This document shows, piece by piece, positions 55,436-64,000 of a stretch of DNA of 64,000 nucleotides. Positions within the stretch are counted from its first letter, which is position 1. Each line of letters begins with the position of its first letter. Source of the DNA: an uncultured Dehalococcoidia bacterium (GTDB lineage Bacteria; Chloroflexota; Dehalococcoidia; Lucifugimonadales; JADFKI01); the NCBI GenBank assembly GCA_958295865.1, contig CATQHF010000004.1, positions 576,379-640,378 on the forward strand, read 5' to 3'. Under the pieces are notes generated by a model. That model saw only the letters and a program-made list of their open reading frames with translations, was not told where the DNA came from and did not search any database. The position numbers and the translations under genes are program-made.

Positions 55436-56110
55436 CTACATGAAGAATAGGGCGTAGAGCGCTATCGCGGATAGTACCGAGACGCCTATATCATACGGGG
55501 GATAGGCGCGCTTGGCTGGTGTTGCGGTCAAATCGGGTTTCTCTCCAAAATGGTACTCAATAATTACCAGAACGCACATTAGCAACCCCATTCCAAGCGG
55601 AAATATACCTATTCCCCTGAGCTGATCGAATGATACTTCGGAACTCAGGAGGTTGGTAACATGCAAGGCGAAAAAAACGGATAATGCCAAGACGATTATA
55701 GGATAGTAGAGGATAGCCGCGAGCAGGGTAGCTTTCAGGCCGTTTCCGTCGCGAAGCCTGAATACGAGTCCACAGCACACGGGCGCCAACAGCGCATACA
55801 CGCCCAACATTATTATGGCTGCCCTAACGATAGCGACCATAATTATGTTATCGTACAGAGGCGTAGCTATGATGAACCTTTGTACGACGGCAGCCACCAG
55901 AAAAATGCCGTATATGGGGAGAAATGAACTTATGGCTTCCCGCCATCCCGGCGCCGTTTTCGCTATCATGAGCGGGTTGAATTGCTTTACCGGCATAAGC
56001 TTTCTGATATTCACAAACGCCTCCTGGGAATTGGAATTGAAGGTTATCAGAGCGGGTGCAGAAACTCCAACCTGTCCGAGGGCCAGTAGCTGAGTCAGGC
56101 GGCATTTCAA
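55436..56110 (-). CDS. Hypothetical polytopic membrane protein
   Basis: 224-aa ORF with lower G+C and several hydrophobic helices. The start is uncertain; internal Met codons (for example MPVKQF) are possible. Confidence 0.5.
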   Translation of the reverse strand: MKCRLTQLLALGQVGVSAPALITFNSNSQEAFVNIRKLMPVKQFNPLMIAKTAPGWREAISSFLPIYGIFLVAAVVQRFIIATPLYDNIIMVAIVRAAIIMLGVYALLAPVCCGLVFRLRDGNGLKATLLAAILYYPIIVLALSVFFALHVTNLLSSEVSFDQLRGIGIFPLGMGLLMCVLVIIEYHFGEKPDLTATPAKRAYPPYDIGVSVLSAIALYALFFM

Positions 56111-56154
56111 CGGCTTCTAGGGCGCGCCTGATAGTGTTTGGTGTATTGCCTCGG

Positions 56155-56964
56155 TTAGGGGCTGCCCGAAATCAGCGACTCGCCCGAGCTGCCCGCGATT
56201 AGCGACTCGACGAGATTGATGAATTCAGACTCCGAGCGCTCCGGGAAAGCGCCGTCCGGGTCTCCGACAGGACTTTCCGATATTGCCCGTCCGCCCGCCA
56301 GCAGAAACTTATACGGATGCGCGGTGCCTATCCAGTAGCCCCGATAGGTGCCATTTTCCCTCAAGAAGAGTAGGTATCTATTGCCCTTGCCCAGAAGCAG
56401 ATTTTCATTCTCGTCGCGCGCTTGCTTGGCTTGTCCTCGGTCGGTGTAGTCTAGCCCATAGAACTGAATGACCGGGATTGTATTGCCGCCGCTTCCCTTC
56501 AAATAGCGTTCCACTTGGACATTGTAGCCGCTGCCGACTGCATACACATTCGCTATCGAACTCGTCGAGTCGCCGCTCGACGGATCTTGAACGCGCGCTG
56601 CGTCGGGTTCGCTGTTGGGGACAGTCCCTATCACTATGACGGAGGATTTAGCCGTAAGTTCGCTCAGCGAATCTGCGGTGACATAGAATGCACTAAAACC
56701 CACACGCACTTTGCCCACCGTAGGCACAGGTATGGGCGTGTCCGGAGGTCTGGGCGTAGCCGGTAGTTGTGGCGTAGGTGGCGGCTGCGGTGTAGGCGGC
56801 GGTTCAGGATTGGTTTGGGTTGCTTCCGCTCGTGCCGACTGAGCGGTAGCCGCCGATTGTGTGGCGGTTAGGGCAGGCGAGTTCGGCGATGCGCTACAAG
56901 CGAGGACGGATAGTCCAGCCGCGATTGTCATCAGAGTTGCCGCCAATAATGCCAATCTGTTCAT
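56155..56964 (-). CDS. Hypothetical lipoprotein with a Pro-rich linker
   Basis: MNRLALLAATLMTIAAGLSVLAC is a signal peptide with a lipobox-like Cys. The linker is PPPTPQPPPTPQLPATPRPPDTPIPVP. I prefer the ATG at 56964 over the track start at 57021. Confidence 0.6.
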   Translation of the reverse strand: MNRLALLAATLMTIAAGLSVLACSASPNSPALTATQSAATAQSARAEATQTNPEPPPTPQPPPTPQLPATPRPPDTPIPVPTVGKVRVGFSAFYVTADSLSELTAKSSVIVIGTVPNSEPDAARVQDPSSGDSTSSIANVYAVGSGYNVQVERYLKGSGGNTIPVIQFYGLDYTDRGQAKQARDENENLLLGKGNRYLLFLRENGTYRGYWIGTAHPYKFLLAGGRAISESPVGDPDGAFPERSESEFINLVESLIAGSSGESLISGSP

Positions 56965-57039
56965 CTTGATTGCTCTTTCTTCGGCGATAATCATGGTGGT
57001 CAACGATTGAATAAACTCCATGCCGTCGATGGGGATATG

Positions 57040-58080
57040 TCATGTGTGTTCGGGGGTTTTGCGGCGGGGACGGCGGACTTGGCTGGCGAGGAAGACCGCG
57101 CCGCCTATGGCGATGACGCTGATGAAGGTTATGGAGCGGTCGACGAGGGCGACGGATACGGCGTCGTTCTGCCCGAGGCTCAGCAGCAGGATGCCGATGA
57201 TGCCGGATTCCACGACGCCCACGCCGCCGGGTATGGGGACGGTGCTCAGGATTGCCGCGCCGAGGGCGGCGATGGCTATCAGGGAGACGGGGGCGTCCAG
57301 TCCCAGCGCCTGCACGACGAAGTAGAGGCGCGCGACTTCCAGCGCCCATGCGCTGCCGCCTAGCGCGAATACGGTGGGCATCTGCTTCATGCTGCCCAAT
57401 GTGCCGCTCTGAAAGCGGTGGAACTCTTGCTCCAAGCGCGCAGGCAGGAAGCGGGCGAAGCGGCTGCCCCACGCCTTCATCGCCAGCAGCGCGCCGAGCG
57501 AGAGGACGACGACCGCGAGCGTTACCTGCACGACGGTTACGGATACGGCGGACAAGTCGGTGGTGGACAGCAGCAGCGCGCTCATCACGAGTATGACGAG
57601 CATGGCGGCGACATCCAGGACACGCTCGGCGAGCAGCGTGCCGAGGCTCCATGAGAAGCTGCCGCCGCTGCCCCGCGCGAACAGCCATGCGCGGTAGCCG
57701 TCGCCGAGCCTCAGCCAAGTGATGGAGTTGACGAACCAGCCGATGATTATGTATGAGGACGCGGCGAGCGCGGTGGGCAGGCGAGCGTCGGGGATGGCTT
57801 CCAGCTCTCCGGTGTTGCGCGCGAGTACGCGCCAGCGCTGTCCGCGCAATAGGAAGGTGGCATAGTAGAGCGCGAAGCCGATGAGGTAGAGCCAGGGGTT
57901 CATGCGGCTTATGGTGGCAAAGGTCGCTTGCCAGTCGAGGTCGAAGCGCGTTACCACGAAGAAGACGAAGGCGAGAAGTATCAGGAACAGCAGCAGCGTT
58001 GGCAGCGAGAAGAAGCGCCGCCTGACGACGGCCGCGCCGCGCGTCTCGTAATTCGGGTTTTGTGAGGGAGGTTGATTCAT
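57040..58080 (-). CDS. Flippase-like / lysylphosphatidylglycerol-synthase-TM-region family (UPF0104) membrane protein
   Basis: 346 aa with about 8 TM helices. The N-terminal pattern FVVTRFDLDWQATFATISRMNPWLYLIGFALYYATFLLRGQRWRVL is typical of this family. The Arg-rich ORF 56894..58195 is an out-of-frame same-strand (minus) shadow ORF in this region. Confidence 0.75.
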   Translation of the reverse strand: MNQPPSQNPNYETRGAAVVRRRFFSLPTLLLFLILLAFVFFVVTRFDLDWQATFATISRMNPWLYLIGFALYYATFLLRGQRWRVLARNTGELEAIPDARLPTALAASSYIIIGWFVNSITWLRLGDGYRAWLFARGSGGSFSWSLGTLLAERVLDVAAMLVILVMSALLLSTTDLSAVSVTVVQVTLAVVVLSLGALLAMKAWGSRFARFLPARLEQEFHRFQSGTLGSMKQMPTVFALGGSAWALEVARLYFVVQALGLDAPVSLIAIAALGAAILSTVPIPGGVGVVESGIIGILLLSLGQNDAVSVALVDRSITFISVIAIGGAVFLASQVRRPRRKTPEHT

Positions 58081-58118
58081 ATTCAGGTGTCGGGCGTGTT
58101 GGGCGGTTTGAGTTTGTG

Positions 58119-58958
58119 TTAGCGGGTTCTTTTGTCCTGCGTCTTGCGTCGCTTGTTCCGTCGCTGAGCGCGCTCAGGACGGGCGGTTGCGCCAATCGGA
58201 CTTTTGGCGGGGATACCCGGGCGGCGTGGATACCGCGTCGGCGTGGGGCGCACCTTTTCCAGCGCCACTAGCGCGCGGTCGTCGGGCAAGCCGGGTATCG
58301 TCACGGGCAGGACTTGGCGCAGCCCGCCGCCCAGCGTTTCTATCGCGCCGAGCGCCCGCTCCAGCTCGTCGGCGATGTCCGATTTCTTGTGCAGCACGAC
58401 CAAGCCGCCTATGCGCGCGAAGGGCAGCGTCAGTTCGGCGAGCGCCGCCACCTCCGCGACGGATCTGGCAAGCGTGATGTCGAACGCCTCGCGCAGCTCC
58501 CCGTCGTGGGCGAGCGTCTCCGCCCTCCCCGCGCGCACCGACACATTCGGCAAGTCCAGCGTCTCGCATACATGCGACAGGAACGCCGTCTTCTTGGCGG
58601 TGGCTTCTACGAGCGTGCCGCGCATACCGGGGAACGCCAGCTTCAGTGGCAGGCCGGGGAAGCCGCCGCCGCTGCCGATGTCTATGAACGCGCCCGACTG
58701 ACGCATTTCGCGCGGCAGTGCAAGCGCGACTGACAGCGAGTCGAGGTAGTGCAGCGACTGCGCCGCCTGCCAATCGGTTATCGCCGTGAGGTTCACACGC
58801 TCGTTCCAGCGCGCGAGTTCGGCATGGTATCGCGCGAATTGCCGCGTCTGCGCGTCCGACAAGCGGATGCCGAGCGCTTCCGCGCCGGTTATCAGCGTGG
58901 TTGCTTGTGTTGTGGTCGCTGCTGCCATACGATTGCCCGCGAATTGTTCAGACTTCAT
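58119..58958 (-). CDS. rsmG: 16S rRNA (guanine527-N7)-methyltransferase RsmG with a basic C-terminal extension
   Basis: NLTAITDWQAAQSLHYLDSL and IDIGSGGGFPGLPLKLAFP (SAM motif) give a GidB-family layout. The start could be the ATG at 58958 or the one at 58928. Confidence 0.85.
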   Translation of the reverse strand: MKSEQFAGNRMAAATTTQATTLITGAEALGIRLSDAQTRQFARYHAELARWNERVNLTAITDWQAAQSLHYLDSLSVALALPREMRQSGAFIDIGSGGGFPGLPLKLAFPGMRGTLVEATAKKTAFLSHVCETLDLPNVSVRAGRAETLAHDGELREAFDITLARSVAEVAALAELTLPFARIGGLVVLHKKSDIADELERALGAIETLGGGLRQVLPVTIPGLPDDRALVALEKVRPTPTRYPRRPGIPAKSPIGATARPERAQRRNKRRKTQDKRTR

Positions 58959-59077
58959 GGGACTTTAACATGATTGGGGCGGATAAACCCACGCTATTGT
59001 ATCCTGTACTGAAGTCTAATACAGACGGACGGGGTTGGCGGGGTTATTCTTGGCGGGGTTATTCAAGGAGAGAAGAC

Positions 59078-59890
59078 ATGGCTAATGAAGGTGGTCGGTT
59101 GGCGGGGAAGGTGGCGATTGTTACGGGTGCGGGTTCGCGCGGGCCTGGCGTGGGCGTGGGCAAGGCGGCGGCTACGCTGTTCGCGCGTGAGGGCGCGAGC
59201 GTGCTGCTGGTGGACGCTATCGCGGAGCGCGCCGAGGACACGCGGGCGTCCATCGCGCAGGCGGGCGGCGCTGCGTCCGTGCTGCAAGCGGATGTAACAC
59301 AGGAAGCGGACTGCGCGCGAATCGCGGACGAAGCGGCGGCGCGGTACGGCAGGCTGGATGTGCTGTTCAACAATGTGGGCATAGGCAGTCCGGGCACGGT
59401 GCTGGAAGTGGAGCGGGACGACTTCGACCGCGTGATGGCGACGAATGTGCGGAGCATGGTGTTCACGAGCAAGTACGCGGTGCCGCGCATGGTGGAGTCG
59501 GGCGGCGGCTCCATCATCAACATATCGTCCATCGCGGGGATACGCGCGGGCAGCAGCGGCGCGAGCATTCCCTACGCCGTATCCAAGGGCGGCGTCATCG
59601 CGCTGACGACGCAGATGTCGGTGCATCACGGGCGGGACGGCGTGCGCGTGAACTGCATCGCGCCGGGGCCGCTCTACACCCCGATGGTCGCGGGCAGGCT
59701 GTCGGATGAGGGGCGCGACCTGCGACGGCGCAGCACGCCATTGGGCATCGAGGGCAGCGCGTGGGACATCGCTTGGGCGGCGCTGTTTCTGGCGAGCGAT
59801 GAAGCGCGCTGGATTACGGGCGTTACGCTGCCGGTGGACGGGGGCGTACTGGCGACTACGCCGCTGTCCATGCTGGAGCATCTGGTATAG
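59078..59890 (+). CDS. SDR-family oxidoreductase
   Basis: VTGAGSRGPGVGVGKA, NNVG and catalytic YAVSKGGV. SD aaggag precedes the ATG at 59078. The track ORF starts at 58901. Confidence 0.9.
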   Translation: MANEGGRLAGKVAIVTGAGSRGPGVGVGKAAATLFAREGASVLLVDAIAERAEDTRASIAQAGGAASVLQADVTQEADCARIADEAAARYGRLDVLFNNVGIGSPGTVLEVERDDFDRVMATNVRSMVFTSKYAVPRMVESGGGSIINISSIAGIRAGSSGASIPYAVSKGGVIALTTQMSVHHGRDGVRVNCIAPGPLYTPMVAGRLSDEGRDLRRRSTPLGIEGSAWDIAWAALFLASDEARWITGVTLPVDGGVLATTPLSMLEHLV

Positions 59891-60079
59891 AGGCGGTCAG
59901 GAATGTCAGTTCAGACGGTTGATGATAGTAATGTCCCGCTCGCCCTGAGCTTGTCGAAGGGCAGGTGTGGTTCGACATGCTCACCACGAACGGGAGAAAG
60001 GACGGGGTTTCAACTCAATGCAAGGGCTGTCCCGCCTGAAAGACTGATAAACCGGCTGACCACTGATGACCGACGAATA

Positions 60080-60225
60080 GGTTCTGTGAACATTTTGGCT
60101 TTTAATCCCGTCATTCTTGCTTTCGCAGGAATCCAGCGCTTTGAGATAGCCTAGAGTATGCGAAAATACCTACATTCTGAGATGCTGGATTCCCGCTTTC
60201 GCGGGAATGACGGGTGAGCGAACGG
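60080..60225. mobile_element. MITE-B copy (left terminus with TA, divergent right end)
   Basis: TA followed by ggttctgtgaacattttggcttttaatcccgtcattcttgctttcgcaggaatccagcgctttgagatagcctagagtatgcgaaaatacc...attcccgctttcgcgggaatgacgggtgagcg. Confidence 0.7.
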
Positions 60226-60254
60226 ATAGGCAAAAGATATGAGAAGGGAGATAG

Positions 60255-60956
60255 ATGATGGCAACTTTCGTACTGGTGCATGGTTCGTTTCAAGGCGGGT
60301 GGATTTGGAAGCCTACGGCTGAGGCGCTGCGGCGGCAGGGGCATGCGGTGTACGCGCCCACGCTGGACGGGTGCGGCGAGCGCAGCCGGCTGATACGCCC
60401 GGGCATCACCATCGCGGCGCAGGCGCGGGAGGTGGCGGACATGATGTTCTATGAGGACTTGCGCGATGTAGCGCTGGTTGGCACAAGCACGGGCGGGCTG
60501 GTGATATGCAAGACGGCAGAGCTGGCGCGGGAGCGCATAAGCAGGCTGGCGTTCGTGGACGCCCTCGCGCCGCAGCCGGGGGAGCGCGTTACGGAAATCG
60601 TGCAGCGCGACCCGAACACGCCGCCGATGCCCACGACCGAGCTGACGCGGGGGCCGACGCGCGCCGAGCTGGAGGAGCGCCTGTTCGCCGACTTGGAGCC
60701 GGAGCTGCGCGCCTGGGCGGTGGAGCGCGCCACGCCGCATCCGGTCGAGGCGTCGGACGCGCCGGGCGAGCTGGATGCGTTCTGGGCGCAGGAATGGCAC
60801 GGGACGCGGGTGATACGCTGCCGCCTGAGCGCGAACCCGCCGGAAGCGCACCAGAGGCGCACGGCTGAGAAGCTGAACGCCGACTGGCATGAGATGGACG
60901 CGGGGCATTATCCGATGCTGAGCCACGGGGAGGAACTGGCGAGGCTGCTGGCGTAG
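60255..60956 (+). CDS. Alpha/beta-fold hydrolase (esterase-like)
   Basis: MATFVLVHGSFQGGWIWKP at the N-terminus. The nucleophile-elbow-like segment is VGTSTGG. A late AGHYPMLSH segment fits the catalytic His region. Confidence 0.8.
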   Translation: MMATFVLVHGSFQGGWIWKPTAEALRRQGHAVYAPTLDGCGERSRLIRPGITIAAQAREVADMMFYEDLRDVALVGTSTGGLVICKTAELARERISRLAFVDALAPQPGERVTEIVQRDPNTPPMPTTELTRGPTRAELEERLFADLEPELRAWAVERATPHPVEASDAPGELDAFWAQEWHGTRVIRCRLSANPPEAHQRRTAEKLNADWHEMDAGHYPMLSHGEELARLLA

Positions 60957-61104
60957 CGGGATGGCGTTTCCTATCGGGTGGTTTTGTTGCTATGCCGCAC
61001 CGGCTTCCTGCTTTCGCGGGAATGACGAAAAGGCTTGCCGCCTGAACGGAAACGCTATCCGATGTAAGACGAGGCTGCCATGGATGGAACGGAATAGGTG
61101 AACG

Positions 61105-61533
61105 ATGGCGATGACAAACGCAGAATGCAAGGAAGAGTGGCTGTTCAGCAACGCATTGGTCGCCTTCGCGGGCGCGCTGATGCTGACGCAGCAATGGCAA
61201 GGCTCGGAAGGCGCTATCAGCTTCTTCGTCCTCGAAGTTCCGCACTACGCGGGATTTGCGATCTTCCTGATAATCGTTGGGTTTTTCGCGCTGTCGCTCT
61301 TCTTGGCGGTGGCAAGCATAATTCCCCTGATACGGAACTTGGCGCTCCGCATCGGCAAGAAGGTGTCGTTCACACTCGATTTCGTAGTCTGGATAGGATT
61401 TGTCCTGAGCTGGGCATCGTCCATCTCTCAGCTAAACCTTGATTTGTGGTGGGCGGAACTGCTGCTGTGGGGCGGCTTGGCGCTGATTGTCTTCATGCCG
61501 GTGAAGATGGCGCTGAGGCTTGTGCGGTCGTAG
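61105..61533 (+). CDS. Hypothetical 4-TM membrane protein
   Basis: 142 aa with four hydrophobic helices. I recognised no family. Confidence 0.55.
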   Translation: MAMTNAECKEEWLFSNALVAFAGALMLTQQWQGSEGAISFFVLEVPHYAGFAIFLIIVGFFALSLFLAVASIIPLIRNLALRIGKKVSFTLDFVVWIGFVLSWASSISQLNLDLWWAELLLWGGLALIVFMPVKMALRLVRS

Positions 61534-61630
61534 GGGCGATGCGCCCTAATACGCGGTTGAACTATTTCGTAGAGATTGGGAAAGATAGTATGCCAACTAT
61601 TATTGCGAATCGCTGTGAACATGGGAATCT

Positions 61631-62105
61631 ATGCCGATAGAGGATAGGACATGGTATCGGGGTAAGCACCCTGCTGCCTGCACTTGTGTTGAGTGCAATG
61701 AAGGCGGGGGCGGGCGCTCACGCCCAACGTCAACAGCTAACGCGGGTAGAGGTGGCTGCGGCAAGGTCGTACTCTGGGGCTTGGTGATTGCGGCGGTGAT
61801 TGGCGCAATCGTGATGGTATCGGGAAGTGTTACCACTGACGACATTCGCCGCTTTCCGGCTTCGTCAGAGCCGACGCCTGCGCCTGTGGTCGTGACGATG
61901 CCAACGCGCACGCCGCCCGCGGCGACCAAGACACCACTACCGGCCGGAGCCACAGCGCGTATGCCTACACCCATAACAACGAATAGAGCCAATCCAAGCC
62001 CTGATATGCGGCACATCGACGAGAAGCGGTATATGCTTGCCCTAATCAACGATGAGCGAAAGGAAGCAGGGCTCAACCCCGTTGTGCTTGGCGAGAACAA
62101 CACCG
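61631..62105 (+). pseudogene. 3'-truncated gene for a membrane-anchored CAP/SCP (YkwD-like) domain protein
   Basis: It begins with the Cys-rich N-terminus CTCVECN, then a TM helix (VVLWGLVIAAVIGAIVMV) and a Pro/Thr linker. Only the first ~30 aa of a CAP-type domain follow (DMRHIDEKRYMLALINDERKEAGLNPVVLGENNTA). From about 62105 the reading frame continues as antisense of the pentapeptide gene. Confidence 0.5.
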
Positions 62106-62652
62106 CGCCGCTGAAGTCGCTGCCCGACAAGTCAGCCTCCGTGAAGTTCACGCCCTTCAGCCTGCCGTCCACAAAGCGCTTGAAGCGCAGCGTCGCCATG
62201 CTGAAGTCGGTGTCTCGGGCTGTTACGCCGTCCAGCCGCGTCTGGCTGAAATCCACCGTGCGGAAGCGCGAACCCGTCAGGTCGGCGGCGAACAGATTCG
62301 CGCCGTCCAGGTTGCACAGGCTCATGTCGCAGTTCTCGATGCGGCTCAGGTTCAGCCGCGCGTCGCGGAAAGTCGCCGATGTGAACTCGCACCCCGTCAG
62401 CGTCGCCTCCCGAATGTCCGCCTTGTCGAACCGCGCGCCCTGCAAGTCGGAGTTCTCGATACTCAAGCCGTCGCATGCCAGATTGAAGAAGTTCACGCGC
62501 CGCAGCGAGCACTCCTCCAACCGCATCTCATCAGCGTCGAAGTCAAGCAGCTCCGCGTCATCGAATACGCAGCGCCGAAAAGTCGTCGAGCGACGCAGCA
62601 GCCCGCGCAGCTGCTCAGCGTCCGTGATGGTGATGTCTTCGTGTGCGGTCAT
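62100..62652 (-). CDS. Pentapeptide-repeat protein (3' end ill-defined)
   Basis: About 184 aa of clear A(D/N)LXX-type repeats (for example ANLFAADLTGSRFRTVDFSQTRLDGVTARDTDFSMATL and NFTEADLSGSDFSGAVL). Downstream of about 62100 the track ORF (to 61600) loses the repeat pattern and is antisense to the CAP-like gene. Confidence 0.7.
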
Positions 62653-62668
62653 ATCAACGGCGATACCT

Positions 62669-63151
62669 TCAACGACGATACCTGTGCCGCCTTCCCAACT
62701 CCAGACGCTCGTCGTCCGGGATTTTCGGCGTTATGTAGAGCACCTCTATTTTGCGTTGTTCGGCGTCTGAAGTATCGAGCACTAGGGTTATGCTGCTCTG
62801 AAATTGCAATGCAATCTCAGCACGCATGTAGTGCTTGTTCCAAGAAGGGTCGAAGATGAACAATCTGGGGTCATCTTCGACGAGTGGATAGTCCGGCTTG
62901 AAGATGAAGACGTCGAAGTTGCAGTCAAGGCTCGCTTCAACCGTTATCAAGAACCTGCCGTCGGGCATCTTTCGCGCGTCTGCCACATCTATGTCGGATA
63001 TGTCCTCCACTATATCCAAGTGGATAGTCTCATATTCCACTGGCAGATTTAATTCTTCAGAAGACCACTCCACTCCGACATAGGCTTCCTGAATAGCCAG
63101 TTGCACGGCTTCCTCAAATTCCGGGCTGCCCCATTGTACGAAGTAGGTCAT
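62669..63151 (-). CDS. Hypothetical acidic protein, translationally overlapped partner of the PIN-like gene
   Basis: The ATG at 63151 is preceded by ggagg 8 nt upstream and overlaps the upstream gene by 38 nt. 160 aa, with low G+C. I recognised no family. Confidence 0.55.
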   Translation of the reverse strand: MTYFVQWGSPEFEEAVQLAIQEAYVGVEWSSEELNLPVEYETIHLDIVEDISDIDVADARKMPDGRFLITVEASLDCNFDVFIFKPDYPLVEDDPRLFIFDPSWNKHYMRAEIALQFQSSITLVLDTSDAEQRKIEVLYITPKIPDDERLELGRRHRYRR

Positions 63152-63794
63152 CTCTAGCAACCTCCGACATATTTGGCTGAATGTACGCGCTGAAAAAATC
63201 GCCCAATGAACGAACAAGGATTATCTTGTCTCTGTGCAATCCAAGAGTATCCAGGTCATCTACCAAGTCGCTGTGAAGAATGTTTCTTTTTTCAGCATGA
63301 TAGAAGGCTTTGTCAGCAGTGACAAGCGCGACTTGGGAACTCGTTGTGGTTGCCAGCCTGAGTACGCTTTCCCAAATCAAGGCATCACGGTAACCCGAAC
63401 CGCTTTCATTGAATGGTTTTCGTCGTGTTGTTGCGCGCTTTACAAGTTCTTCGTGTAATGTGTCAGGATATTCCAAAACACTGCAATTCGGGATGTCTAG
63501 TTGTGTTTCCAGCCCACGGCGAAACTGAGCGGATTCCTCCCCTATGTCCAGCGCATCGATCGGAGAAGCCAACTCTCTGCCCAAATGGCTTGAAAGTTTT
63601 TTCAGTCCATCCACTACGTTTTGCGTTTCACGCTCAAGTCTCCGCTCGAATCTGGCAACCACTTCTTCTATCACCAGCTTGGGAACATAGAGATTGTATT
63701 GCAAGGCGTCTAGCGTGGACAGCAACTCCCGAAAGCTGCCACTGTTTCCAAAACCTTCCTTAATTATTATATTTGCGTCTAATACGATATGCAC
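63114..63794 (-). CDS. PIN-like nuclease-fold protein (DUF4935-type)
   Basis: MHIVLDANIIIKEG is an N-terminal acidic PIN motif. GYRDALIWESVL and VALVTADKAF supply further conserved Asp positions. The start is GTG with gagga upstream. One 60-nt line (63241..63300) has 25/60 G+C by hand count. Confidence 0.65.
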   Translation of the reverse strand: MHIVLDANIIIKEGFGNSGSFRELLSTLDALQYNLYVPKLVIEEVVARFERRLERETQNVVDGLKKLSSHLGRELASPIDALDIGEESAQFRRGLETQLDIPNCSVLEYPDTLHEELVKRATTRRKPFNESGSGYRDALIWESVLRLATTTSSQVALVTADKAFYHAEKRNILHSDLVDDLDTLGLHRDKIILVRSLGDFFSAYIQPNMSEVARDDLLRTMGQPGI

Positions 63795-64000
63795 AAGATT
63801 CGTTCCTCAAGAAGTCCCGGCAATATGACGGCAGCGTTTCTATTCAGATGGCAAGATTATCCGCTATTCCTGCGAAAGCAGGGGCATAAATCCAGTGTAG
63901 CAAAGTGCCAGAACCATCTAAAAGGAAACGCTTTCTAATGCGACATACTCCGGGTCTGACAATCCGGTTGGGCGGCTCGCCAATCAGTTCATCAGCAATC

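Noticed and set aside
61600-62100. The C-terminal 165 aa of the track ORF 61600..62652, and the part of ORF 61631..62770 downstream of 62105.
   Set aside because: Both tails lose every family signature exactly at the junction and are simply antisense to the other gene. They are treated as read-through after a breakpoint, not as genuine domains.
63114-63217. The overlap between the PIN-like ORF and the track ORF 62669..63217, considered as a frameshifted single gene (pseudogene).
   Set aside because: An in-frame ATG at 63151 with a ggagg SD 8 nt upstream gives a conventional overlapping, translationally coupled second gene. A sequencing frameshift cannot be excluded without reads, so the possibility is mentioned in the finding rather than called.
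1-64000. A scan for tRNA, rRNA, tmRNA or riboswitch-like sequences and for transposase, integrase or cas genes.
   Set aside because: Nothing resembling these was recognised by eye in the intergenic regions or the ORF track. This is a negative visual result only and should be confirmed with tRNAscan-SE, Infernal and HMM searches.

Overview
GC-rich bacterial chromosomal segment. Hand counts of single 60-nt lines give about 70% G+C in housekeeping stretches and 42-57% in a few islets. It carries roughly 50 protein-coding genes on both strands. I recognised no rRNA, tRNA or CRISPR array by eye. Most genes encode soluble redox or catabolic enzymes: two family III CoA-transferases, a PPi-type phosphofructokinase, a 2-hydroxyacid dehydrogenase, a Zn-ADH, an F420/LLM oxidoreductase, two SDRs, a GMC oxidoreductase, an FAD oxidase, several amidohydrolases and a reductive-dehalogenase-like Fe-S protein. 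The rest are mainly envelope functions: GT-C-like glycosyltransferases, a MacB-type ABC transporter with an AttH-like partner, a short exosortase-like protein, an MFS transporter and a flippase-like protein. This gene content, together with the dense short hairpin repeats in nearly every intergenic gap, suggests a Chloroflexota (SAR202/Dehalococcoidia-like) genome. That assignment is inference only. The main non-routine observations are: (1) a head-to-tail triplication of a 2.5-kb gene for an ~800-aa GT-C-like membrane protein with a lectin-like C-terminus, with divergence clustered in the central soluble region; (2) two neighbouring envelope genes (a PQQ-dehydrogenase/cytochrome c fusion and an ArnT/PMT-like protein) that share an unrecognised ~105-aa C-terminal module and near-identical 5' and 3' flanks around unrelated gene bodies; (3) at least three interspersed MITE-like repeat families, including a nested insertion with clear target-site duplications and copies that supply C-termini or stop codons to genes; (4) lower-GC islets carrying an Orc1/Cdc6-like AAA+ ATPase, a PIN-like (DUF4935-type) gene with an overlapping partner, and a set of unknown membrane proteins; (5) a breakpoint where two convergent genes are both truncated. 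All functional calls rest on motif recognition by eye, because no database search could be run.
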